A DNA stretch of 52,779 bases from a virus. Its lineage: Duplodnaviria > Caudoviricetes. The stretch's first letter is position 1. The number at the start of each line of letters is the position of its first letter. The stretch spans positions 1 through 52,779 of the IMG/VR virus record IMGVR_UViG_3300020020_000039; one strand, written 5' to 3'. The notes under the pieces were generated by a model. That model was not told where the DNA came from, searched no databases, and was given only the letters and a program-made list of their open reading frames with translations. Both the position numbers and the translations under genes were made by a program. This document shows, in pieces, positions 27,371 through 36,886 of the stretch.

Positions 27371-28079
27371 AGGAACAAGATTCCTGAATAAGGATATCGA
27401 CTTAGGTAAGAGAACGGCTGTAATTGCCTATGCTACTTACAACTCCCTTGATAGGGACGGAGACATAGCAAGCAAAGGGATGTTCTCTAAAAGCTGGAAT
27501 GAATCGCATGAGGATATCCGGTTCTTTAAGAATCATAATAAAGATATTCTCTTAGGGAGTATTGAAAGATTCTGGGAAGATGACAATCATGCTTATGCAA
27601 TGGTAAAAATGAGTAAGAGCCGTGACGGAGAGGATGCACTTATCCAAATGGACGAGGGTATTCTAAAAGATGCGTCGTATGGTTTCGAGCCGATAAAATC
27701 CACTCCTATTCAGAATAAGGGAAGAAAGTTCTCAGAGGTAAAACTATGGGAGATCAGCGCACTAACACATTGGGGCGCTCATCCTGAAAGCGGGGTAAGA
27801 GAAGTTGTAAAGACAGCTATACAACAACAATTCGAGATGAAGGAGCTAAAAGAACTCGCCGAAAGGATTATTAAGATGGAATCACTCGCACGCAACAGCA
27901 AAGCGTCTGATGAATCAATAGAGGAATTATTAATTGAAATAGAAGCAGCGAAAGCGTATCTATCAAAGTACGATACCGCACCCACTCAGAACGATGACGA
28001 TCAGAATGAGCCGGATGCCAGCGGAAACGATGAAAAAGAGTTCGCAGATGCACTCACATTGTTAACGCTAAAAATTTAA
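27360..28079 (+). CDS. HK97-family prohead protease
   Basis: DRDGD...F, NH, SYGF, LWEIS. Confidence 0.9.
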   Translation: MLYKGTRFLNKDIDLGKRTAVIAYATYNSLDRDGDIASKGMFSKSWNESHEDIRFFKNHNKDILLGSIERFWEDDNHAYAMVKMSKSRDGEDALIQMDEGILKDASYGFEPIKSTPIQNKGRKFSEVKLWEISALTHWGAHPESGVREVVKTAIQQQFEMKELKELAERIIKMESLARNSKASDESIEELLIEIEAAKAYLSKYDTAPTQNDDDQNEPDASGNDEKEFADALTLLTLKI

Positions 28080-28085
28080 ACAAAA

Positions 28086-29255
28086 ATGGACATTAAAGAG
28101 GCGGTCAAGCTCATCGAAAAAAAGATTGATGTAGCTGACCAGAAAACGCAGGAGGCGGTTAGCACCGTTCAGAAAGCGTTCGAGGATGGGAAGAAAGAAT
28201 TCGATGGTAAGGTGGAAGCACTTAACACTACGCTTGCTGGCAAGGATGCCACTATCAAGCAGATTCAGGACGAAGTAGTTGAACTGAAAGCAAAAGCCGG
28301 AAGGATTCAGGCAGACAAAGCAAAGACACCGATAAGCCTTTTTGCTCAGTTGCATGAACTCATCGGAGAAAAGAAAGAGATGTTTGAAGCTCTTGAAATG
28401 GGTGGTTCTATGCCGCACTTAAAGATTAAAACCGTTGGTTCTATTCTTGGTGCAAACATGGCAACCGATACTTTTCAATCTTATGTGGACAACCGCACAG
28501 GAATGGAGCCTACAGGCCAAATCCGTTTCCGTGACCTGGCAGGTGTTATTAACTCGGCTACTGATAACGTTCAGTTTCCAAGAGCTAACACTCCTATCGG
28601 TGAAGGTTCGTTCAACCGTCAGACTGATGGCGCAAGCAAACAGCAGATTGATCGTGATTACACAATGGTGAACCTGACCTTAAAGCCAATGGCTGGTTAC
28701 GCAGTTGTTTCCCGTCAGGCTTTGAGAAATATCGTGTTCCTGCAAAGCTGGTTACCTACTTCTATGCTTGAGCAATTGCTTGATGCAGAAGATAGCGACT
28801 TTGCAAACACTCTTGTTGCGGGCGCTACTGGTTCAACTACCACAAGTGGTTCGCCAAACTTTGCCGAGAAGTTGATTTATTATATCAAGAACCTTATTGC
28901 TTCGAAGTACAATCCGAGCGGCCTTGCTGTAGATCCTACAGTATGGGCACAGCTTCTGATTCTTCGCCCCGGTACGGATAATCCTTACAGCGCTCCCGGT
29001 GTTATCGGTGTTGACGCTTCTGGTAATATCCGCATCGTTGGCCGCCCTGTATATCCCGTTAACTGGTTAACCGGTGGACGTGTGATTGTAGGTGATTGGA
29101 CAAAAGCGAAGATTGTACAGAGCGAAGGTTTGACAATGCGTCAAACAGATAGCCACTCTACTACTTTCATCACGAACGAAACAACGTTCTTGCTTGAGAG
29201 AACAGAAGGTTTGGCAATCTTCCGTCCTGATGCGTTTATTACTGCTATCCCATAA
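28086..29255 (+). CDS. Major capsid protein (HK97 fold)
   Basis: N-terminal coiled-coil delta domain; IVGRPV, IVGDW, FRPDAF. Confidence 0.93.
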   Translation: MDIKEAVKLIEKKIDVADQKTQEAVSTVQKAFEDGKKEFDGKVEALNTTLAGKDATIKQIQDEVVELKAKAGRIQADKAKTPISLFAQLHELIGEKKEMFEALEMGGSMPHLKIKTVGSILGANMATDTFQSYVDNRTGMEPTGQIRFRDLAGVINSATDNVQFPRANTPIGEGSFNRQTDGASKQQIDRDYTMVNLTLKPMAGYAVVSRQALRNIVFLQSWLPTSMLEQLLDAEDSDFANTLVAGATGSTTTSGSPNFAEKLIYYIKNLIASKYNPSGLAVDPTVWAQLLILRPGTDNPYSAPGVIGVDASGNIRIVGRPVYPVNWLTGGRVIVGDWTKAKIVQSEGLTMRQTDSHSTTFITNETTFLLERTEGLAIFRPDAFITAIP

Positions 29256-29302
29256 GGGACAGGGTAATTGATCTTTGAATTATGGGTGTTTATGTAAATA
29301 AC

Positions 29303-29342
29303 GGGCAGGGAACCCGATAATGGTCATCCCTGCCCAATTTTT
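29303..29342 (+). terminator. Terminator-like hairpin after capsid gene
   Basis: GGGCAGGGA/TCCCTGCCC plus T run. Confidence 0.55.
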
Positions 29343-29348
29343 AATTGT

Positions 29349-29975
29349 ATGGATAGCGCCTTTAAATATTTTGATAAGATTTATTGTATCAATCTCGACC
29401 ATAGAACAGACAGATGGAACGAAAGTATAAGAGAGTTCTATAAAGAAGGGATTGAAGTAGAAAGATTCCCCGCCGTGAGCGGTGAGAATAGAACTATTGC
29501 GTTTAATACATCGCAGTTAGAGGTACTAAAAAAGAGTTTAGCCGATGGTGCTAACAATCCACTGATACTAGAGGACGATGTAGAGATAAGGGGATCAATG
29601 CACCTGCATTACGCAATGAATGAACTGCCTTCAGATTGGGATATTATATACCTCGGAGGGAATATAATAGGTATAGATGTTATTCCATTCAGAAAGCCGG
29701 TAAGACATTCAGCGCATTTATTTAAAGTTCTTGATTGTTGGCAAACACAGAGTGTAGGGTATAGCAGGAAGATGGTGGAGTGGTTAGTGGAGAACTTTAA
29801 GGTGGATTGCGGATGGATCTATGATGAATTCTTGAGACAGGAAGTATTGCACAGGTTTAATTGTTTTATCGTAGCTCCGCAAGTTACACTACAGAGAAAA
29901 AGTTATAGTGATATATGGAGTGTAGAAGCAAATTTCACTCACTTGTTTGATGCAGGGAATGAATTATTAAAATAA
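29349..29975 (+). CDS. Glycosyltransferase family 25-like
   Basis: YCINLDHRTDRW, ERFPAV, LILEDD, WDIIYLG. Confidence 0.88.
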   Translation: MDSAFKYFDKIYCINLDHRTDRWNESIREFYKEGIEVERFPAVSGENRTIAFNTSQLEVLKKSLADGANNPLILEDDVEIRGSMHLHYAMNELPSDWDIIYLGGNIIGIDVIPFRKPVRHSAHLFKVLDCWQTQSVGYSRKMVEWLVENFKVDCGWIYDEFLRQEVLHRFNCFIVAPQVTLQRKSYSDIWSVEANFTHLFDAGNELLK

Positions 29976-29987
29976 AAACCAAAGACC

Positions 29988-30263
29988 ATGTTACCAGTTA
30001 GTTTTCCAGAACAAAACAAAGTTTACCTAAAGCCAGAAGGCTGGACGGACGAACAGTGTTCTGATTTGCCAGTATGGCAAGGGGCTGCTCCTATTGATGA
30101 AGCAGGCAACACAGCGCCTGTTATTATTTCTTGCTGGCAATTCTCTAAAGAGGATTTAGATGAGATACAAAAGACAGGGCGTGTTTGGTTATCGGTTACA
30201 GGATCATCGCAGCCGCCTGTATCATTATTTACAGAGAATCCTTTTATACCATCAGAAGTATGA
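29988..30263 (+). CDS. Hypothetical phage protein
   Basis: P..FPEQN...PEGW...CSDLP...ISCW. Confidence 0.7.
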   Translation: MLPVSFPEQNKVYLKPEGWTDEQCSDLPVWQGAAPIDEAGNTAPVIISCWQFSKEDLDEIQKTGRVWLSVTGSSQPPVSLFTENPFIPSEV

Positions 30264-30970
30264 CCCACCTAGTAACATACTCAGACGAGAATATGACTAT
30301 TGCAATGGAGAAGTGTAAGGTTAGCGGGCTAAAGAATGGAGTTGATCAAACACATTCATATAGTCCTGGTTCTGTATCACGTGAGTTTAGGACTAATAAT
30401 AAAGAGGTGTTAGATTCCGCTCGTGGTTCTGGTTATTGGTTGTGGAAGCCGTATGTTATTAATGATATAATGAAGCACTGTAATGACGGCGACATTCTCA
30501 TTTACTCAGATGCCGGTGTCGAATTCATCGCCCCCGTACAAGAGATAATCAACCGAATGGATGAGGATATTTTCTTTTTCACTAACGGGTTTCCTCAGAT
30601 AGAATGGTGCAAGGGTGATATAATGAGAGCAATCAACGGCTGGCATCAATACGAATCGTTCAGGGATAAAAAACAGGTGCAGGCATCAGTAATATTCTTT
30701 AAGGTCAATCAGAAAACAAGGGACTTCGTTAAGGAGTGGCTCTTGTGGTGTCAGATGCCAGGATTTATAGATGATAGTCCGAGTAAAGTAGAGAATTGTA
30801 AAACGTTTGCTGAGGCGAGGCACGATCAAAGCATTTTATGTGCATTACAAATAAAGTATGGGTACAAGGTTCATTGGTGGCCTACTCAATACTCAGAACA
30901 TATAAGAATACCGGGGGATAATTACCCTGTTATTTTCAACCATCACAGGAAAAGGAATAACGAATGGTAA
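30260..30970 (+). CDS. Putative GT-A-fold glycosyltransferase
   Basis: RGSGYWLWKP, YSDAG, RHDQSIL. Confidence 0.7.
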   Translation: MTHLVTYSDENMTIAMEKCKVSGLKNGVDQTHSYSPGSVSREFRTNNKEVLDSARGSGYWLWKPYVINDIMKHCNDGDILIYSDAGVEFIAPVQEIINRMDEDIFFFTNGFPQIEWCKGDIMRAINGWHQYESFRDKKQVQASVIFFKVNQKTRDFVKEWLLWCQMPGFIDDSPSKVENCKTFAEARHDQSILCALQIKYGYKVHWWPTQYSEHIRIPGDNYPVIFNHHRKRNNEW

Positions 30971-31512
30971 CCCTCGATCAAAATAATCTAAAGACGTGGC
31001 AAGAGAATAATCTTGAGGGCAAGAGGTATGAATACGACCTGAAGCCTACCGATCATGTGTTAGACATTGGTAGTTATAGAATGGAATTCGCTGATGAGGT
31101 TATTAAGAAATACGGGTGCACAGTAGAATGTTTTGACGCACTGGATAATAAAGCAGCATGGTTATTTGATGGACAATTGTCCTTTGGTGGTCAGTATTAT
31201 TACTCTAGCGCATTTGAGAAAGATACACCACAAGCGATTTACCGCTGTGTTGATATCGCTCCTTACATAGATAAAGAGATTGCTCTTTGCAAGATAAATA
31301 TCGAAGGGGCTGAATATGAACTACTCGATTACATCATTGGTAAAGAGCTAATAAAGCATATAAATAACATTCAGGTACAGTTTCATTATGTAGATGGGCT
31401 TGATTGTGAAAAGATGTATGAAGAATTAGCAACTAAATTAAGTAAAACTCATTCGTTAACGTGGAGAACTGCGTTCGTGTGGGAAAACTGGAAGAGAAAT
31501 GATAGTAATTAA
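30964..31512 (+). CDS. FkbM-like SAM methyltransferase
   Basis: VLDIGSY, KINIEGAEY, IQVQFH. Confidence 0.8.
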   Translation: MVTLDQNNLKTWQENNLEGKRYEYDLKPTDHVLDIGSYRMEFADEVIKKYGCTVECFDALDNKAAWLFDGQLSFGGQYYYSSAFEKDTPQAIYRCVDIAPYIDKEIALCKINIEGAEYELLDYIIGKELIKHINNIQVQFHYVDGLDCEKMYEELATKLSKTHSLTWRTAFVWENWKRNDSN

Positions 31513-31762
31513 AGAAAAGAATAAGGGGCTATTCAAGTTAAGCACTTGCGTAACCAAAAACCCGTCAATCATGGCGGCTTTCTTTGAACACTTTACTCCA
31601 CTAAAGTTTGATTTAGATGTGCATACAGGCATTTATTATATGCTTTGCGAGAGTGAATTATTTAGCGAAGTACCAGATAATAGCCCTATTCCTTTTTACG
31701 ATTGCGAGGTTAGAACTGAACCGGGTGGGAAAATAATAGTAACAGACATAAATAAGTATTGA
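31499..31762 (+). CDS. Hypothetical protein
   Basis: Overlaps both neighbours. Confidence 0.65.
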   Translation: MIVIKEKNKGLFKLSTCVTKNPSIMAAFFEHFTPLKFDLDVHTGIYYMLCESELFSEVPDNSPIPFYDCEVRTEPGGKIIVTDINKY

Positions 31763-32331
31763 TGCTTGAGTTTGTAAAGAAATACGGGTGTAATATCTAT
31801 AGCCAGAATAATGAGGACGGTCTTATTGATCAAATCTTGTCACGGTTAGATATTACACGAGGAACAGCGGTTGAATTCGGCGGCGCTGATGGTTTTTTCT
31901 GTAGTAACACAGCGGCATTAAGAGACAAAGGTTGGGCTGTTCATATGTATGATTTACAAGCCTGTGAGCCGTATGTAAAGAAGAAAGCAATAACTCCAGC
32001 CAATATAAATGAACTGCCAGTATGCGACTTATTAAGCATTGATACGGACAGCGGGAATGATTACGAGTGTTTCAAAGAGATAAAACAGAAGCCCGCAATA
32101 GTTATCATAGAAATAAACAGTTCAATTCCTCCTCATCAGCTTCATGTTAGTGATGATCAGGGGGCAAGTTATAAGTCAATGGTGGAGCTAGGCCTAAGTA
32201 AAGGGTATTTTCTTTTGGCTCATACTGGAAATTTAGTTTTTGTACTCAATGAATATAAAAGTTTATTCCCTGAAATAACAGGAGATCCATTATACAATCA
32301 CGAATTATATTTTAACAGGTCATGGCTATAA
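31759..32331 (+). CDS. FkbM-like methyltransferase
   Basis: YSQNNEDG, VEFGGADG...SNT, LLSIDTDSGNDY, IIEIN. Confidence 0.75.
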   Translation: MMLEFVKKYGCNIYSQNNEDGLIDQILSRLDITRGTAVEFGGADGFFCSNTAALRDKGWAVHMYDLQACEPYVKKKAITPANINELPVCDLLSIDTDSGNDYECFKEIKQKPAIVIIEINSSIPPHQLHVSDDQGASYKSMVELGLSKGYFLLAHTGNLVFVLNEYKSLFPEITGDPLYNHELYFNRSWL

Positions 32332-33080
32332 CGTTCGGTATGCTCGGTAGGTACGGAAGATTCGCAAACGGTCTTTACCAAATAGCTAGTACTATCGGTA
32401 TCGCTATCCGTTCCGGTCAATCATTCGGTTTCCCTGAGTGGAAGAACTACGATCATTTGGAAAGATTTGGCAGTAGTGAAGATATTGACGTTCAGAAATA
32501 CTTTGTTAATCCTTTACCTAGCGTTGATCGCTCTTTGAGTTATGAGTCTAGGTTCGTCCATTGGGGTTATCACGATACCTTTTTACCTGTTGGCAATTGG
32601 GATATAACAGGACACTTGCAAAGCCCTAAATACTTTAATCATTGCATGGATGCTGTAAGGCATTATATGACTATGAAAGACGAGTACCCTTTGAATAACT
32701 ACTGTGCCATCCATTGGAGAGCCGGTGATTATTTAGAAGGTGGGGATAATGTTTACCACCCTCGTCAAACGATGGAGTATTACAACAAAGCAATGTCTCA
32801 CATGCCATCAGGAACAAAGTATTTGGTATTTAGTGATGATCTCGATAAGGCAAGAGAAATGTTTGGCGATGTTGAGTATTACAACGCTGATTATATAGAT
32901 AGTTTTAAGAAAATGAAATCGTGCAAGTATTTTATTATATCAAACAGTTCTTACAGCGCAATGGCAGCGACTTTAGCTGATCAGCCTGGAAAGATTGTTG
33001 TTGCGCCTAAGATGTGGTTTGGTCGTGTAGCTGGCATTACCGGCGATGCGATTTATCAAGACGATTGGATGGTGATTTAA
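32322..33080 (+). CDS. Glycosyltransferase family 11 (alpha-1,2-fucosyltransferase-like)
   Basis: GRFANGLYQ, IHWRAGDY, VFSDD, IISNSSYS, VVAPKMWF. Confidence 0.9.
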   Translation: MAITFGMLGRYGRFANGLYQIASTIGIAIRSGQSFGFPEWKNYDHLERFGSSEDIDVQKYFVNPLPSVDRSLSYESRFVHWGYHDTFLPVGNWDITGHLQSPKYFNHCMDAVRHYMTMKDEYPLNNYCAIHWRAGDYLEGGDNVYHPRQTMEYYNKAMSHMPSGTKYLVFSDDLDKAREMFGDVEYYNADYIDSFKKMKSCKYFIISNSSYSAMAATLADQPGKIVVAPKMWFGRVAGITGDAIYQDDWMVI

Positions 33081-33100
33081 AGAAAAGTGAGGAGTGAAAT

Positions 33101-34069
33101 ATGGGGTTACGTATATTATATTCGATCCACCTCTACCCGCCAAAACACAATTGCGGAGGAGAGTGGATGATTCACCACATGAATAAGTTTCTTATCAGCC
33201 GTGGTCATCATGTTAGAGTTATACTTCATCAGGCAGGGATGCACGGTGTTAAAACCCCGTACAACTTCGAAGGTGTTGAGGTCTTCGAACCATCAGCATC
33301 TACCTACGCATACGATTGGGCTAATGTCCTGATCACTCACCTCGACTATTCACAGTGGACTATTCAAATGGGGCAGATATTAAGAAAGCCTGTTGTTAAT
33401 ATCATTCACAATGATACTCCTTACAACTGCGTCATGAATGCGCAGAGGGACAATTATGTAGTCTATAACAGTAAATGGCTAAAAGATAAACTTAATTATA
33501 AATGGCCGTCAATAGTACTGCGTCCTCCGTGCGACCGTGACTATTATGATCTATCCGAAGAGCCTATAAAAAATACTTACATAACACTCATAAATCTATC
33601 AGAGAATAAAGGTGGAGAACAGTTCTATGAAATAGCTAAGCGCCTTCCTGGGAAAAAGTTTCTTGGCGTAATGGGCAGTTATGATCCTCAGATTGAAAAG
33701 GATTTGCCGAACGTCAGGATTATTCCCAACACCGTTGATATCCGTCCTGTTTACCGGCAAACGAGAATACTGTTAATGCCTTCAGAGTACGAATCATGGG
33801 GAAGGACAGCAACAGAGGCGATGTGTAGTGGTATTCCGGTGATCGCTAGCCCTACACCGGGGTTAAAAGAGAACTGTGGAGCAGCTGGAATATTTCATGA
33901 CAGAAATGATATTGATAAATGGGTGAAAGAGATAAAAAGATTGGATGATTCACGGTATTACCATCAGGTTAGTAACAGGTGCAGGGAAAGAAGTGAGGAA
34001 CTAGATCCTAAAAATGATTTAAATGAGTTTGAGAAATTCTTATATCACGCAGCGCAGTCAGCCTACTAA
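33101..34069 (+). CDS. Glycosyltransferase family 4 (GT-B)
   Basis: LMPSEYESWGRTATEAMCSGIPVIAS (E-x7-E). Confidence 0.9.
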   Translation: MGLRILYSIHLYPPKHNCGGEWMIHHMNKFLISRGHHVRVILHQAGMHGVKTPYNFEGVEVFEPSASTYAYDWANVLITHLDYSQWTIQMGQILRKPVVNIIHNDTPYNCVMNAQRDNYVVYNSKWLKDKLNYKWPSIVLRPPCDRDYYDLSEEPIKNTYITLINLSENKGGEQFYEIAKRLPGKKFLGVMGSYDPQIEKDLPNVRIIPNTVDIRPVYRQTRILLMPSEYESWGRTATEAMCSGIPVIASPTPGLKENCGAAGIFHDRNDIDKWVKEIKRLDDSRYYHQVSNRCRERSEELDPKNDLNEFEKFLYHAAQSAY

Positions 34070-34586
34070 TGGCGTGCTGGATTATACGTTCTCAGGGACA
34101 GAGGCGGAGCTAATCACTTTAACAGAAGTGAAAACGCACCTCTTTGAAACCAGTACAGATAATGATACAGAGCTAACTGCGCTGTTAACGCAGTGTCGCA
34201 AGGCGCTGGAGAGTTTCACATCATTAACTCTTTGTTCGGGTCGTACAGTTACTGCATTGCTGAAAAACGAGAAGGGTAATATTGAAATTCCTTTTGCTCC
34301 TGTACTTACTATCACAACTATGCACGATATAGAAGGTACTGAAATTACTTCTACTGATTACACTATTCGTGGGCTAACATTTAAGTGGATCGAAGCTCCA
34401 TGTACCAGTTATTTGAAACTTGTTTACACCGTTGGTTACACAGTTATACCGGCAGAGTTAAAACTAGCAATCCTAAACGAGATCGCTTACCGTTTCGCTC
34501 ATAAGGGTGACGAAAACTTAGGCGTTCAGATATGTGAAGCGTCAAGATCGCTAGCTGAACCATTCAGGAGGTACGCATGGCGGTAA
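34023..34586 (+). CDS. Head-tail connector (gp6-like)
   Basis: ITLTEVKTHL...YTVGY...PAELKLAIL. Confidence 0.85.
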   Translation: MSLRNSYITQRSQPTNGVLDYTFSGTEAELITLTEVKTHLFETSTDNDTELTALLTQCRKALESFTSLTLCSGRTVTALLKNEKGNIEIPFAPVLTITTMHDIEGTEITSTDYTIRGLTFKWIEAPCTSYLKLVYTVGYTVIPAELKLAILNEIAYRFAHKGDENLGVQICEASRSLAEPFRRYAWR

Positions 34587-34900
34587 GAGTTGGTCAGATG
34601 AAAACTGTTGTAAGAGTCGAGGTTAATCAAGGCTCTAATGGTAGAGATAATTACGTTGAGCTACTAACAACAAGATGTTATTTAGTCAACAATGCCGGAA
34701 GCAGAACGCTTGAAGATAGTGAAGTGGTTTTAGATAGCGGCTGGACAATGGTAATCAGGTTTCAGACTGATATCGAGGATGAGATTAAGCCATCAATGAG
34801 GTTTGTAGCAGAGAATAGATTTTTTGTTATCCAGTCCTATAAAATAATTGACTTAAAGAAACAGTATTACCAACTAAGGTTAACAGAGACAGAATCGTAA
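34577..34900 (+). CDS. Head closure protein
   Basis: Position and size; IRF...MRF. Confidence 0.75.
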   Translation: MAVRVGQMKTVVRVEVNQGSNGRDNYVELLTTRCYLVNNAGSRTLEDSEVVLDSGWTMVIRFQTDIEDEIKPSMRFVAENRFFVIQSYKIIDLKKQYYQLRLTETES

Positions 34901-35323
34901 ATGGCTAAAGTATCAATAGAAATCAGTGGACTGCCAGAGCTTCTAAAAAAGGTTCAGGGGATGCCTTCGGGTGTGCAAAAGGTTGCTGATGCGGAGCTAT
35001 TGGATTCATCTTTTAACGTAGAAGCAAAGGCGAAAAGCAATGCCCCTGCTGATTTAGGTGGATTACGTCAGGGAATATCAGCAACTAAAAACGCACCGCT
35101 AAGTTATCAGGTTGCGGTTAACGTTCACTATGCTCCTTATGTAGAATTCGGAACGGGAGCGCTTGTAGCTGTTCCGCAAGGACTCGAAGCGTATGCGATC
35201 CAGTTTAAAGGAAAGGGAATAAGAGAAGTGAATTTACCAGCAAGACCTTTTCTTTTCCCTGCGGTGAGAACAGAAGCGCCGGAACTTAAAAAGAGATTAC
35301 AGGAGGCTCTCAAAACCCTATGA
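34901..35323 (+). CDS. HK97 gp10-like tail component
   Basis: APADLGGLRQGI, YAPYVEFGT, ARPFLFPA. Confidence 0.88.
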   Translation: MAKVSIEISGLPELLKKVQGMPSGVQKVADAELLDSSFNVEAKAKSNAPADLGGLRQGISATKNAPLSYQVAVNVHYAPYVEFGTGALVAVPQGLEAYAIQFKGKGIREVNLPARPFLFPAVRTEAPELKKRLQEALKTL

Positions 35324-35757
35324 GAGATCCTAACAAGATATTTCGGGATGCGGTTAAGAGTTCTTTGGATGGTGTTTTATTCTTTGAATTATCGCAGGTT
35401 CAAGTGTATGATGAGAAAGCGGAAGAGGGTAATAACATGACTTACGTGATACTAAGCACCCAAACATCAGCACAGGAACCAAATTTCAGTGGTTTCGGGC
35501 ATCAGTGTTCTTTATTACTTGATATCGTCTGCAAACAATACGATATGATGAATAAAGAAGCGGTAGACGATGTAAGCAACCAGATATTAACAATATTATT
35601 CCCGAGTGTTACTACAAACGGGTTAACAATACAATCAGGGTTTCAAATAAACTGCTTGACAGTAGAGAGTGTAAACTATGTGCCTCTAAGGTTAGCAAAT
35701 GCAAAAAGTATAATAAGAAAATTAATTCGATTAACAGCTAAAATATCTCAATCATGA
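35320..35757 (+). CDS. Tail terminator/completion protein
   Basis: Position; VYDE...YVILS. Confidence 0.7.
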   Translation: MRDPNKIFRDAVKSSLDGVLFFELSQVQVYDEKAEEGNNMTYVILSTQTSAQEPNFSGFGHQCSLLLDIVCKQYDMMNKEAVDDVSNQILTILFPSVTTNGLTIQSGFQINCLTVESVNYVPLRLANAKSIIRKLIRLTAKISQS

Positions 35758-36182
35758 CAACAATTTCGTCGACGTTAGTGCCTCTGGAGTTATCTTTTGA
35801 CAGTGCGGTAAGCTGGCAGGCGTTGGTATGTTTACAACAGTACAATGTTCCTACCGAAAGACAGGCAACGCAAGAAGATACTTTCTGTGGTATTGCTACG
35901 GCTCTCGGCGCTCAAACATTTAACCCATCTGGAACAGCGATCTGTGAAGTAAACCCAACAGCGGGCAGCCAGGTTACTTACAATAGGCTTTTAACAGCGC
36001 AAACTAACGGCGAGACATTTAAATTCCGTGTTAGATACCCGTCAAGCGGTTCTACTGGTCAAAGTTTTTACCTGAGCGGAGATTGTAAATGTAGTTCACT
36101 CGATTTACAGATGGACGCTACTACTTACATCAAATTCGCATTCACATTAACAGGAGAGGGAACACTTGATATAACCAACTAA
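35754..36182 (+). CDS. Major tail (tube) protein
   Basis: Position before chaperone; C-terminal FTLTGEG. Confidence 0.8.
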   Translation: MTTISSTLVPLELSFDSAVSWQALVCLQQYNVPTERQATQEDTFCGIATALGAQTFNPSGTAICEVNPTAGSQVTYNRLLTAQTNGETFKFRVRYPSSGSTGQSFYLSGDCKCSSLDLQMDATTYIKFAFTLTGEGTLDITN

Positions 36183-36183
36183 T

Positions 36184-36561
36184 ATGACAACAAGAGGAAT
36201 ATTTTCTTTTGAGCATGAAGGCCAAACAATCACTCTGTATTTCAGGACATGGACTTTTAAAAGGTTCTGCGATCTGAATAATGACCTTAGTTTTTCCGCT
36301 ATGCTGGAGATTTTAAGGGATGACATAAGTTTTGATAAACTTATTCAGCTTATTCTTTGCGCTGCCGAATACGGATGTAAAAAAGAGAACAGGGAATTTA
36401 AATATACAGACTTCGATGCCTGCGAATGGGCTGATACACTCGGCGGAATCTCGGGAAAGAAGTTTCTTGAAATCATACCAGTGATAACTCAGGCGCTTAC
36501 AGACGAAGGAGCGCAGCAAAATGGTACAGCGCCAAAAAAAAAGAAGTTAGCTGGCAGTTAG
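36184..36561 (+). CDS. Tail assembly chaperone (G-like)
   Basis: Between tube and tape measure genes; ends near A9G slippery site. Confidence 0.8.
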   Translation: MTTRGIFSFEHEGQTITLYFRTWTFKRFCDLNNDLSFSAMLEILRDDISFDKLIQLILCAAEYGCKKENREFKYTDFDACEWADTLGGISGKKFLEIIPVITQALTDEGAQQNGTAPKKKKLAGS

Positions 36562-36872
36562 TTCTTGACATAGAGGCGGAATTGGGATTATTACCAGATC
36601 ATGATTTAACAATTGGTGAGCTGTTACGAATGTGGCGTATGTATAACGTCAGGGAATCTAAAGAATGGGAAAGGGTAAGATTTTTAGCGTGGTTCGGGTC
36701 ACTCCCTTACCAAAGCAAGGAAAACAGAATGGAAGTGTACGATATAATAGGTCTTCCTACAGATCCAACAGAGGAAGAGAGAAAGGAAATGGTAGAAGAG
36801 AAGAATAGACAGGACGCAGAGCATTATAAAAAGATTTTTGATTATTACAGGGAGCAGGGATTCAATGTGTAA
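36534..36872 (+). CDS. Tail chaperone -1 frameshift extension (GT-like)
   Basis: A run 36534-36542; -1 frame is open from there through ORF 36582..36872. Confidence 0.75.
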   Translation, partial: KKKEVSWQLVLDIEAELGLLPDHDLTIGELLRMWRMYNVRESKEWERVRFLAWFGSLPYQSKENRMEVYDIIGLPTDPTEEERKEMVEEKNRQDAEHYKKIFDYYREQGFNV

Positions 36873-36886
36873 ATGGAAAGTGAGTT

